64,000 nucleotides of DNA, taken from the NCBI GenBank assembly GCA_964016885.1, contig OZ024745.1:80600001-80664000 (forward strand), written 5' to 3'. Positions 25,490 to 37,901 of the stretch are shown piece after piece (positions within the stretch are counted from its first letter, which is position 1; the number at the start of each line of letters is the position of its first letter). The stretch is from Eledone cirrhosa. Lineage: Eukaryota. The translations under genes were made by a program, and so were the position numbers. The notes below the pieces were generated by a model that was not told where the DNA came from, did no database searches, and saw only the letters and a program-made list of their open reading frames with translations.

Positions 25490-26240
25490 TACACAAGAGA
25501 TGTAGTGGGATAATGGGTAGATTAACAGAAAGGGAAGACTTTGTATGTAGAAGATGCACAGGGATAACTGAGGGGAAGAGCACCAGTGATATAAGCCTTT
25601 TCCAGTCACAGGAAGGGCCCATAGAAGTGGTTGATAGCTTCTGTTATCTAGGTGACTTAATAATGCTCTGGGAGCATAATAGCTATAATAAGGATGGGAT
25701 GGAAGAAGTTTAGAGAGCTACTCCCACTGTTGACAACTAAAGGATTTTTCCTACATACAAAAAGACGACTGTATGACACCTATGTGTGAAGTGTGATGAT
25801 TCATGGTAGTGAAACATAAGCTGTGACAGCAGAGGACATGTGTAGTCTGGAGAGAAATAAAGCAACCATGATTTGTTAGATGTGTAATGTAAATGTGAGA
25901 GAAAGGTAGAACTGAGGAAGAAGCTGGGTTTTTGAGGAATCCAAGGTGGTGTGCAGGAGAGAAGACTGCATTGATATGGGCATGTGATGTGCATGGACAA
26001 TGATCGCTGGGTGAAGAAGTGCCAGTAAATCCCATTGGAGGGAAGCCACAGTAGAGGTAGACCAAGAAAGACCTGGGCAGAGGTGGTGAGATCTGACCTC
26101 AAATCACTGAGACTCACAGGGGAGATGATGAAGGAACGCAGTGAGAGATACTGTGCTGAGAAGGACCCACCCAACCCATGCATGCGTGGAAAAATGGACA
26201 TAAAAATGACAATGATAATAATGATAAAGATGATGATGAC
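25490..26240 (+). pseudogene. Decayed RTE 3' fragment
   Basis: FVCRRC..VVDSFCYLGD and RGRPRKTWAEVV motifs; (GAT)n tail. Confidence 0.85.
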
Positions 26241-26733
26241 ACCCATATACACACACACATATATATATGTGTGTGTGTGTGTATGTAAAGTGTTGTGTCA
26301 GTGACAAAATATAAACCACTGAACTTTGCTGAGAGTTTTAAGCCTCTTTGACTTAGCTAACTTTTTCTATCATAAAGATCAATCACTCATCAAAAAAATC
26401 TTTATGCAAAGCTGAAAAAAAAAATGTTAATCCTATGTGATTTATGCTAACCTAGTCAGTATGATACCATTTAATAACTGGTAGTTATCTCAACAATTTC
26501 AACTGCTATTTTTTATGAATAAATAAGGATCCACATGAAATATGGAAGATGTGAGTACGAGCCCTATGGGTGGCGCTGTTCACTTTTTTTCCATCTCTGG
26601 GAGCTTATATGCTCTACTTATTTGACTATTTTCAGAGGAACCTCCCCCCCACCTGCGTTTTAGCCATTAACTTTACTTTAAAGTTGTTTTAATTCAGCAC
26701 CTGTACAAATATATTCTTTAATTTCAAGGATAC

Positions 26734-26802
26734 ATTCATGATATTTTGAATCTGGTCTTTGGAATCATTTTGTTGAATAGTTTCCATGAGTTCCTTAGTT
26801 TT
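26734..26802 (-). CDS. GRID2IP: Delphilin-like formin FH2 exon (KTKELMETIQQNDSKDQIQNIMN)
   Basis: CTGCAG acceptor, phase 0-0, followed by the U12-type donor GTATCCTT. Confidence 0.85.
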
Positions 26803-27846
26803 CTGCAGTAAAGAAGAATAATTATTTATGTTATAAGTTTCTAGAAAATAAAGAACTGGTTGGTTTTATTAACAATCTAATGTTGTTTTCAGTGGTAAAT
26901 AATGTAAAGTAGAAGATAAGCTCCTGTCAGGTTGAGCCTATAACCCCCTGTAGGTTCCTGGTTATATCTTAGATACCTGTTTCATCTCTCCTAAAAATGT
27001 TAGGCTTTCCATCTATCTGAAGAAGACAACAGGGGAACAACTTAACTCACACCACATTACCAAGTGTTTGGACTGAAGCAAGATGAAAAATACTGGGGTG
27101 GGAGAGAGAGGGAAGAATTTAATAACAAAGATGTGGTGAGAGTGGGGATGGTAGTGGGAGGAGGAGTAGAAAGCAAATGTATCAAGGGGACTGCAAAGGG
27201 AAAGAAAGAGGGTGTGTTTTAAAAAAATAGAATTGCAATCTAATGGTTGTCTATGTGGTGCTGATCGTAATGTGACTGTATAAATCTGAGTATGCACATA
27301 TGTGTGTGTGCATATTTGTACATCACACACATACATACACTTGTATTGCTGCATTAGAAAGAGATAATTGCTTGGACGTTGCCATTTGTACCTGAACACT
27401 GTTCTTTGTGGCACCTATTCTCTAGCTGATCTGGGTGACATGTATGAAAACATTGTCTCGATTGAGGAGATATGTTTCCTCTCAGTCTTGGCCTTCATTG
27501 TGTGATGTTGTCTCTCAGCCTATATATAGCTCTGAAGAAGCATCTGACATTCCACTTGTCAAACATCTATTTCATTGATTCCAAATGAAATGCAGCTCAT
27601 TCACAGGACCTCTTTTGAGGAATATTTCATTCAGTACTCTTGCAATGATTTCCCTCCATATTACCATCTGCCCTGATTTTCAGTCAATCATTCAGAAATA
27701 TGTCCCCCTGCTGTTTTTTAATCATTTGTGCGTGACCTTTTTCAGTACACATATGACACAGGCCATCTTTGAGATAGCATGTTAGTGCTAGTATGATTTA
27801 ATTTAATTTCATTTCAGAAATAAATGATTCAATAAATTTAGATTAC

Positions 27847-27899
27847 CTGCCAAGAAGTTTCCATTTCTTTTAGTTCACTGAAAATATCAGCATTGGACA
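27847..27899 (-). CDS. GRID2IP: Delphilin-like formin FH2 exon (VSNADIFSELKEMETSWQ)
   Basis: AG/GT boundaries; phase 1-0 fits both neighbours. Confidence 0.85.
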
Positions 27900-27949
27900 C
27901 TGCAATAGAAAAATATAACTGGATACCATAGTGTATAACAAAACATTAA

Positions 27950-28430
27950 GTGTAGTAGTGTAGTCATCATCATCATCATCGTTTAACGTCTATCTTCCAT
28001 GCTAGCATGGGTTAGTATAGAATAAAGTGGATAGTATAATGTATATATAGTGTAGTAGTGTAGTATAGAATAAAGTGGGTAGTATAATTTATATATAGTG
28101 TAGTAGTGTAGAATAAAGTGGATGATAGTATAATAGTAGAGTGGACATTGTAGTGTAGTATATAGTAGTGTTGACAGTGCCACGTAGTATCGAATAGAAT
28201 GGCTATTGTAGTATAATATATAGTAGTGCTGAATATAGTAGAGTTGACATTGTTGTGTAGTATATAGTAGTGTAGTATAGAATAATGTAGTGTATATATA
28301 GTAGAGTGGATGCTACTGTAGTATAAAGTATGGTGGACACCATAGTATAGAATAGAGTGGACACTGTAATGTAGTATAAAATAAGGTGGACAGTATAATA
28401 AAGAAATAAGAGAGGGTAGACTGTATTAAA
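27950..28430. repeat. Degenerate (TAGTR)n low-complexity repeat
   Basis: Recurrent TAGTG/TAGTA/AGTGGA motifs. Confidence 0.7.
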
Positions 28431-28922
28431 ATACAATTATTTTACTAAATTCCTCCAAATTTTTCATAATTTTCAAAATTAATAAAATATTTTCACGAAA
28501 GGGTTAAATGATACAAAATCAAGTATTAATTTGCCCTACCAATGCCTCTTTTACTGGTTCCAGCCATCTGGCTGTGTCAATACTAAGGGTCATCATAATT
28601 ATTTGGTGGTCCCATTTGTGACAGATGTCATAATTCCTCTCCAGATGTATTGATCCTGCATTACCATTTCTTGCTAGCTAAGTTGATAAGATAGCAAACC
28701 TACCAAGTTCCCATCTTGCCAGCTTGATTGTTCCTATAACCAAATCAGTCACTCACCCAGACCAACCACCTTTAAATATCCACCACAGGTAAGTACTAGC
28801 CATCCACCTAAGAAGCATGGACATTGTACAATGAACAAGTATTTCACAAGTTTATAGTGTGATGAGTGGTGGGCCTTAATAAATAGAAACATTTTCACTC
28901 TGTGGCATCAGATATTTCTTAC

Positions 28923-29049
28923 CATTTGCACATTCTATCACTGCTAACAGTTCAGACCATAAATCCCTATTAGGGAATTTCTTGTTAATAGCTTCTGTTA
29001 AAGTATGTAGAAGTGATGTCTTGTTATCAGTAGCTTTTGTATCATCAAT
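28923..29049 (-). CDS. GRID2IP: Delphilin-like formin FH2 exon (IDDTKATDNKTSLLHTLTEAINKKFP..)
   Basis: TK.TDNKTSLLH is the canonical FH2 post motif; phase 0-1. Confidence 0.93.
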
Positions 29050-30835
29050 CTACAAATACACAAATGAGATAATAAAGACTTAAAGATTTAGGGTGCTGAA
29101 AGTAAAATAAAATGATTAATTATATTGAAGTATTGTTAAATAAATATAAGAAGCTTAATTAAAGTCTTATTATTGTTTGGGCCCAGATCAACTCTGATCG
29201 AGCAGGCCTATGATCAAAGGCATTCTCCAGTCTTGAATATTCTAAATCAGGGGTTTGAAATACATGGCCCACAAACTACTTTTCTATGTCCTGCACATTT
29301 GTGTAACTAATATTTTCTGAAAACTTGTTCATTTTTCCCTAATCCCTTCTATGTTCTTGTAGCATCAGCAGCATCAGCAGCATCAGCAGCATCAGCAGCA
29401 TCAGCATTAAGTATTAAGTAAATAGCAGCCTATCATCTGTATTGCAAATTAGCATTATAACAAGTGGAAATCAGGCCATCTCCCTCATCTCATTTTGGCC
29501 CTTTTGAGTCTTGGAGTTTGAGACCATTGTTTTAGATGTATCTTGGACTGCATTATCTAATGTTCTTCTCCCTTTTAAGATAGTGGGATGTGGTTTGAGG
29601 GATATTTGACTGATATTTCAAACATTTAGATTGACCACATAGATGTACCTTGATGAGAAAATAAAAAAAATTTATGAAAAATGTCTGAAAAGACAACCTT
29701 CCTAGTGTTGGTGATAAACACACCTAAAGTGGTGTAAAGTGGTTGATGATAGGAAGGACATCCAGCCATAGAAAGCTTACCAAACAAAAGATTGGAAGGA
29801 CCCTCTAGTTATGTCAAGGATATGACAACCTCCCTAGTGTTTGGTGATCTACATGATAAACACACCCAGTACATGCTATAAAGTGGCTGTTGTCAGGAAA
29901 GGCACCCAGCCGTAAAAAGCTTACCAAACAAAAATGTGGGATGACCCTCAGTTCTGTCAAAGACAATCTTTCTAGTGCTGGAGCCATGATAAAATGCACT
30001 TGGTAGAATATGGACCCATATGTAAGCATGATGCAAATCCCCAACCTGTCTAGGAAGTCAGTGTATGAAGGCCTGTCCAACCCTTGCTAGCAGGGAAAGC
30101 GGACGTTAAATGATGATGATGTTGATGATTGTTATGGCTGGAATATGTTATTGGGAGCCTCTAGCAGAATCCATTTTGTTGTAAGCATTCAAATCTGATC
30201 CCTGGACTAAGAAGTGTCCACTGCTCCACTTCCCTGCAACCAGTCTCAGAGACCCTGCAAAAATGTATGGGTACTGTTCTTCCTCCTCTTCTGACTAACT
30301 CATTAAAAGAAAGTTAACTAACTCCTAGATTAACAGTTCAATTTGATATTTACTCATCTGGTTTTAAGCTATTACACCAACCAAGTATTTATTATTAACC
30401 CAGCTCTAGTTCTATGAAACAAAGCCACCCGATATTAAGGGTTCCTAGTAAGATTAAAATCTTCCAACTTAATTTTATATGAAAACCTTTTGTTAAAATA
30501 TTAAATTTGTAATGAAATAATTAATAATTTTAGTAAATTTCATTGATTAATTGAAACTACAGTAATGAAAGGGTTAATGTAATATATTTATTTATTTACT
30601 TGATTGAGCCAATGTTTGAAAATGAAGAATTCAGTAAAGAAATCAACTCCAGTATATTAAAGATAATTATTTTACTAACATAAAGTGATGTAAATCAAAT
30701 CAAACAACAAGATTATAATTTAAAGCCATACAGGATACAAGCTAATTAAAACAAACATTTAGTTTTCTGTTTCAGTTTCTAACTCATATAATATGAATAT
30801 CAAAAGAGAAGGTAAAACAATTAAGATTTATTTAC

Positions 30836-30922
30836 CTGAGTCAAAAAATTTATTCGAAAGCCCGAGGCATTTGAAATTCTAGCATTTCCTTCATTAAGGA
30901 AGTTTCCCATGGCAAGGATCAT
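30836..30922 (-). CDS. GRID2IP: Delphilin-like formin FH2 exon (MILAMGNFLNEGNARISNASGFRINFLTQ)
   Basis: GNxxN motif plus GFxINFLT, which is characteristic of delphilin; phase 0-0. Confidence 0.95.
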
Positions 30923-31544
30923 CTGAAGAGAGAAATATAAGGATTTCTTTTACATGGTAAATAATAGTTAAAAGATTTAAAACATTCATAAAATAGCCAT
31001 GTTACATTACAAATGTGTCTCAGAGTCAGAGAATATGAAACAGTAGGTCATGTCACCTACCTCAAAGGTACCTTAAAGAGGCAATTTTAAAATTTCTTTC
31101 AAATAAAACCTACAGTCATGTCAGTCTGCTAACTTCCCATTGTTCTGGTTAAAGGCTGCATGTGAGGCAGAGTTTTGTTTAAAGAAATTTTCGAATTGCA
31201 CAAATCTTTGATTCAGTGTTTGATATTCCTTGAGTCTGAAGAGCATTTGTAATGGCTATTTAAAATATATTTTATGACTGTTTTAAGTCTTTTAACCATT
31301 AATTTCAAATTTACTGAACATAATTAAATTTAGGTACTTATTGTGGTTATCCCCGATTGAACCCGGGACTCACTCACACACACACACACATATATGATGG
31401 ACTCTCCCGTCGATATCCGACGTATGAGTGTCCAACAAAAGTTCAGCTTTCTGATTGGCGGTGTCTCATGTGACATTTCAATCCTGCCAGTGACCCACAG
31501 ACCAAGCCACATAGGTTGCAAGAGCAAGAGTTTATATATATATG

Positions 31545-31577
<33 letters not shown>

Positions 31578-31592
31578 GTATATATATGTATA

Positions 31593-32144
31593 TGGAGGCA
31601 CATGGCTTAGTGGTTAGAGCATTGGCCTTGCAATCGAAAGGTTGTGAGTTCAATTCTCAGACCGGGTGATGTGTTGTTTCCTTGAGCAAGACACTTTATT
31701 TCACATTGCTCCAGTTTACTCAGCTGTAGAGATGAGATGATAGGACTGGGGTTCCTATCATTCCACTGCAAAGTGGTCATGGAGGTGCCATGGCAAAAAA
31801 GCACCCAACCCACACTGTAAAGTGGACGTGTAGGCGCCATGGCAAAAAAGCACCCAGCACTTGCAAGGGTGGGACGGGAACAGATTCTGGCTTGATTTCT
31901 ACAGCTGGATGCCCTTCTTAACACCAACCTCATTTACAGTGAGTGCTGGGTGCTTTTTTGCCGTGGCACCTCCACTGGGGTCCCTATCATTCCACTATCA
32001 TCTCATTTCTACAGCTGAGGAAACTGGAGCAATGTGAAATAAAGTGTCTTGCTCAAGGAAACAACACATCACCCGGTCTGAGAATTGAACTCACAACCTT
32101 TCGATTGCAAGGCCAATGCTCTAACCACTAAGCCATGTGTCTCC
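31593..32144. mobile_element. Inverted pair of near-identical tRNA-headed SINEs (family B); other copies at about 37040, 38080, 44000-44190, 48500, 56050
   Basis: 31593-31743 and 31995-32144 are reverse complements with few mismatches. A box TGGCTTAGTGG, B box GAGTTCAATTC. Confidence 0.9.
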
Positions 32145-32180
32145 TCTATATATATATCTATATCTATCTATCTATCTATC

Positions 32181-32220
<40 letters not shown>

Positions 32221-32249
32221 TATACATATATACATACATATATATATAC

Positions 32250-32335
<86 letters not shown>

Positions 32336-32351
32336 GTATATATATATGTAC

Positions 32352-35213
32352 TTCAAAAAACGTGACAATCACCTGATCACCTATAGATCCAGGGAACACA
32401 CAAGCCAGGTAGATTATATCCTTACCAGAAGACGTGACAGAGTGTCTGTTGTAAACACTAAATCCCTCCCCCATGAAGAATGCACCTCCCAACATAGACT
32501 GATAATTAGCGACCTCATAGTCAGGACGAGACGTACTCGACAGCAGAAGAGGACTATCCTCAGGAGAAAAATATGGAAGCTAAAGGACCCTACAGCCAGA
32601 AATAAATTTAAAAGCATATTACTTGATGCTTTCGACAGTAAGGAAGAGCATTTAAAGTCGGACAATATAGAGAGACAGTGGGAATTTCTGAAAGCAAACC
32701 TGCTGATGGCGACAGACGAAGTCTGTGGCTGGAGCAGGCCAGTAGGCAGGAGGAGAGTAACATGGTGGTGGAACAGTAAGGTGGAGAGGTCAATTAAGGC
32801 CAAAAAGCAGGCTTGGAAAGTATGGCGGGATGGGGGAAGTAGAGAAGACTATCAAGTGGCCAGGAGGGAAGCTAGGAGACAAGTGTACTTCGCAAGAAGG
32901 GAAGCAGAGGAAAGAAAGTTCAAGCATGTTCTACAACGCGAGGACCAAAAACGTGAGGTGTTCAGGATTGCTAGGCAATGTGTCAAGGAAAACCGTGATA
33001 TTGTCGGGGAGAAGTGTGTACTTAATGATGACGGCGTACTTACCATCACCGACGCTGATAAGAAGGTAGCTTGGAAGTGTCACTATGAAAGGCTACTAAA
33101 TGAGGAGAATAAATGGGAGAAAGACAGTCTCCCCCACATCGACCCAATAGAGGGACCAGCAGTGTTAGTCGAGGGGAGTATAATAAGTATGGCAATCAAG
33201 GATATGAAGACGGGTAAGGCGGCTGGGCCTTCGGAAATAGTCGCTGAGATGCTGAAGGCATCTGGCACGGTGGGACACACCATGGTCACCCGCATAGTTA
33301 ACCAAGTCGTACAGAATGGGGTTGTTCCGAAGGACTGGCATAGCAGCATCATCGTTAACTGTTATAAGGGTAAAGGAGATGCCCTAGATAGGAGTAACTA
33401 TAGAGGCATTAAATTAATCGACCAGGTCATCAAGGTCACGGAAAAAGTAATAGCGCAACTAATCAGAGAGAGAATTGACCTAGATGAAATGCAGTTCGGG
33501 TTTGTGTCAGGCAAAAGTACCACAGACGCTCTTTTCATTGTACGACAACTACAGGAGAAGTACCTAGCTAAAGGTAAACCCCTCTACTTAGCTTTTGTCG
33601 ACTTGGAGAAAGCCTTCGACAGAGTCCCCCGCTCCATTATCTGGTGGGCTCTTAGAAAACTAGGTGTTGACGAATGGCTTGTGAGAGCTATACAAGCCAT
33701 GTATAAAGAAACAGTCAGCAAGGTTAGAATTAACAACGAACATAGTGAAGAGTTTAGCATAAAAGTTGGCGTCCATCAGGGCTCTGTTCTCAGCCCCCTA
33801 CTATTTATTATTGCCCTTCAGGCTATAACAGAGGAGTTCAAGACCGGCTGCCCATGGGAACTCCTATACGCAGACGACCTGACACTCATAGCTGAATCAA
33901 TGGCCGAGCTAGAGAAGAAATTCCAAACATGGAAGCATGGCCTAGAATCAAAAGGACTTAAAATTAACCTGGCTAAGACTAAAGTTCTGGTTTGTAGGAA
34001 AGAAAATAAGGCGGCGGTCCCTTCTGGGAAATGGCCATGCTCAGTGTGTAGGAAAGGCGTAGGTAGAAACTCCATTTTATGTCCCAAATGCAAAGTATGG
34101 GTGCATAAAAGATGTAGTGGGATCACAGGTAAGCTAACTAAGAACATAGATTTTACATGTGGCCGGTGCTCTGGTGCAATAAGTAGCAGCAAGTGCCCAC
34201 AAAATACTAGCTCTTACAACTGCGCAGAGGGCTCTATAGAAATAGTGGACAGCTTCCGTTACCTGGGTGACAAAATCAGCAGTGGGGGAGGGTGCTCAGA
34301 AAGTACAGTAGCTAGAGTCAGAACTGGATGGAAAAAGTTCAGAGAGCTTATACCACTATTAGCTGCTAAAGGGTTCTCCCTAAAAATGAAAGGCAGGTTG
34401 TATGATGCCTGCATACGAACAGCAATGTTGCATGGCAGTGAGACCTGGGCATTGTGTGCAGAGGATATATGCAGACTAGAGAGGAATGAAGCTTGCATGC
34501 TCCGCTGGATGTGTAACAGTAATATACGTGAACGGCAAAGCATAAACGAACTAAGGAAAAAATTAGAAATAAGAGGGATCAGATGTTGTTTACTCGAGAG
34601 AAGGCTACGTTGGTATGGACACGTGATGCGCATGAAAGTCGATAGCTGTATAACAAAGTGCAGGGCAATAAAGATAGACGGTAGCCACGGAATAGGCAGA
34701 CCTAGAAAAACCTGGGACGAGCTGATAAACTCCGACCTCACACACTTACACCTCTCCAAGACAATGTCACTGGACCGAGACCTTTGGCGGTACTCAGTAA
34801 CAGAGAAGACCCGCCTTACCTAAATACATAGTAAAACCTACTACAGCCAGTAGGCATCTCTAACAAAATACACCCCGTCCCACCACCCCCACCCCGTCCA
34901 CACCACCCCCTTCTATGTAAAGTTATGTCGGTGCCACGCCATCCAGGCCGAAACAAATGAGATCGTGTAGGTGTCACGACAAAAAAACACACAGTCCACG
35001 CTGTAATGTGGCCGTGTAGGCAACACGGTAAAAACCTCCCAGACCCACACTGTAAATGTGGTTGGTGTTAGGAAGGGCATCCAACTGTAGAAAACCTGCC
35101 AGCAGACAGTCCTATGCGAGCAAGACAATCACCCTTGCCTCAAGTGGGAATACCCCCGTCCAAACCCATGCAAGCGTGGAACACGGACGTTAAACGTTGA
35201 TGATGATGATGAT
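32352..35213 (+). mobile_element. RTE LINE, 5'-truncated within the AP endonuclease, with an uninterrupted RT ORF (32352-34823)
   Basis: APE C-terminal QVDYIL..SQH, RT motifs [26 protein letters not shown] and YADDL, and a PHD-like Cys cluster. It has a (GAT)n tail and is flanked by TA-rich microsatellites. Confidence 0.97.
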
Positions 35214-35353
35214 ATGTGTGTGATATATATATATATATATATATATAATTATATATAAGAGTATATATATATATATATAAATATGAATATTTTGTATATA
35301 TATATATATTTTTTTTTTTTAAATCGTGTTATAACATTGGTTGATGATATTAC

Positions 35354-35422
35354 CTGCAAAACATTTACAAGGAGGTCACTTTTTCTGAGTCCCATTGAAG
35401 CCTTTGTTATATTGTGGATAAC
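35354..35422 (-). CDS. GRID2IP: Delphilin-like formin FH2 exon (VIHNITKASMGLRKSDLLVNVLQ)
   Basis: AG/GT boundaries, phase 0-0; AS..L..S..L..VL FH2 pattern. Confidence 0.9.
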
Positions 35423-36622
35423 CTACAAATGAAATAGCAACAACAACCACATCAACAAGAACAGCAACAACAACAGCAATAACAATAGCAACAATGATTA
35501 GGGTAATCTCTAAATCAGGAGTATAGAAAACTTATATAGAGTTGCTTTATGGTAGAGTTGCCTATGATTTTCGCAACCACCTTAACATGTGAGTTTCTGG
35601 CTCAATTCAAACTTAATTATGGACAGTTAATACCTTGTCTAATTAATGAGATGATTTACTGACGAGGGTTAGCTTCATAACATTACTAATTGTCCATTTA
35701 ATTATGGTAATTATTCTGTTTTCTCAAGACCCTAAATAAAGTTGTTTAAGTCTGTATAATGTAACATAAGTTATATTGTTAATATTCTGGTTCTATGTTA
35801 TTGCTTTGCTTTCAAGATATTAGAAATGTTGTATCCATAATATTATCGGTATGAAGGTGCTCTATTTTTGGTATTTTTATACCAAATTTATATTGGGCAG
35901 TTATGGTAAAGTAGTCATGGTAGCGACATGACAATATATAGGCCTAGTCCACCCTGTAAAGTAGTCAGGATAGTGACATGACAAAAAACATCCAGCCCAA
36001 CATTGGTGACACAACAAAATGCGCCCAGCCCAAACTTGGTGACATTAGAAAAAGCGCCCAGCCCATAATGTAAAGTTGTCATTTTGGTGATGTGACAAAA
36101 AACACTCAGTTCACACTGTAAAGTGATCATGTTGGTGACATAACAAAAAGTGCCCAGTCCACACTGTAAAGTGGTCGTGTTGGTGTCATAACAAAAAGGG
36201 CCCAGTTCACACTGTAAAGTGGTCACTTTGGTGTTACAATAAAAAGCATCCATTCTACACTGTAAATGTGGTTGGCATTAGGAAATGCATCCAGTTGTAG
36301 AAACCAAGCTAGAAACAGTTCTGTATGAGTAAGACATGGTCACCTGATCTGACTTGTCTCACGATAGGTCAACTCGTCTAACCCATGGTAGCTTGGAAAA
36401 ACGGACGTTAAACAATGATGATGATATACATTTATATATATCTATATATCTATTTCTCTCTCTGTATATATAAATATATATATATATACACACACACAGA
36501 CACATATATATATGTGCGTGTGTGTGTCTGTATGCAAAAGTAAATAGAAATAATGAAGCAAAAACACAGTACAATGAAGAGATATATTAGTTTAATGCTT
36601 CAAATAGTAGAAAAATAGTTTT

Positions 36623-36655
36623 AACATTTCAGACATTAGTCCTTCATCAGAAGAT
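36623..36655 (-). ncRNA. Minimal hammerhead-like motif (PLE type), probably degenerate
   Basis: CTGATGA-A-GGAC TAAT GTCT-GAAA-TGTTA, the same layout as the motif at 53122; stems I and III are weak. Confidence 0.4.
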
Positions 36656-36882
36656 AGAATGAGAAATAAAAGGTGAAATAGAAAGATAAAGAGTGAGAAG
36701 AGGAAGGAAACGGAAAAAATTGGTAAAAAAACAAAAACAAAAGTGTGTATTCAGTCAGCCATTTTGGATATATATATATATATGATGTTGGTAGATGGTC
36801 GACAACATGGGTGTGCAATAGTGAAAGAAGAGTGTTAACGATGGATAGCAAGAGAGAAATTATGTGTAAATATTATACTTAC

Positions 36883-36969
36883 AAAATTTAATTTATCAAT
36901 TCTTTCTTTGAAATCAGCTCGGAACAATAACACTTTTAGTCGGTCTTCATAACTCGGGATTTTGATTAG
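36883..36969 (-). CDS. GRID2IP: Delphilin-like formin FH2 exon (LIKIPSYEDRLKVLLFRADFKERIDKLNF)
   Basis: IP.Y..RL..L.F FH2 motif; phase 0-0. Confidence 0.93.
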
Positions 36970-37832
36970 CTGAAATACAAGAAAGTTAGTTTGACTTTTT
37001 TAGTTGTCAGGTTAAGGTGTTTGACTGCTGCTTATAAGGTGTATGGTTTAATAATTAGAGTGTTTGCCTTGGCCATCATTTTGATTCCTGGTAGTACATT
37101 GTGTCCTTGCATAAGACACTTTATTTCACATTGCTCCAGTCCACTCCGCTGGCAAAGATTCATTATATCTGTGATTCAAGGGGCCAGCCTTGTCATCCAC
37201 TGTGTCATGCTTAATCTTCCTTTCATTTCACATGATTTAGCATAGCTGAGTGTGAACTATGCAGTAGAGAATGCAGGCTTAGTAACTTTATTATTCAAGA
37301 AGTGTCACAATCAAGGCTTGTTAGCTTATCAAACTGTAAGTTGAAATAATTTTATTAGGAGAATGGAACATAACTGGAAGAAGAGTTGCACATTGTAGAG
37401 CTTCCATAAAGTGCTAAATACCCAGGTGCCAGCTCTGAGAATGGTATATCTAAACAACAGATCTGTGGTTATACACAGTAACATAAACACCTACCCACAC
37501 ATACACTCACTCTCTCAGCCCCCCCCCCCCCCCCTTTTGTACACACAAGTATATAAAATGTAATATATATAATATATAATGTATATATATATAAATTCTC
37601 TGAATATAAAATGTAAAACATGTATTAACAATACATATAAAACACTGTAAAGTGGTCATGGCAAAAAGCACCTATATATAAATAGAACAATACATACAAA
37701 ATGTAAGCACAACATGTATTAACAATATATATATGTCGTCTAATATATATGTAATTTATATATATAGCGTAAATCATAAGTATCAAGTATTAACAATATA
37801 TATATATATATAAAACAAAAAAGATACTTTAC

Positions 37833-37901
37833 TTCATATGTCACTTGGTCAGCTTGGTTTAGGTCTCCAATTTTTCCTGTGAAGTTTTGAAATTCTTGTC
37901 G
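37833..37901 (-). CDS. GRID2IP: Delphilin-like formin FH2 exon (RQEFQNFTGKIGDLNQADQVTYE)
   Basis: L..ADQ motif; AG/GT boundaries, phase 0-0. Confidence 0.9.

Noticed and set aside
32085-32351. N-terminal 89 aa of the 912-aa ORF and the many YIYI/CVCV ORFs
   Set aside because: Read-through of SINE and TA/CA microsatellites, not genuine coding sequence.
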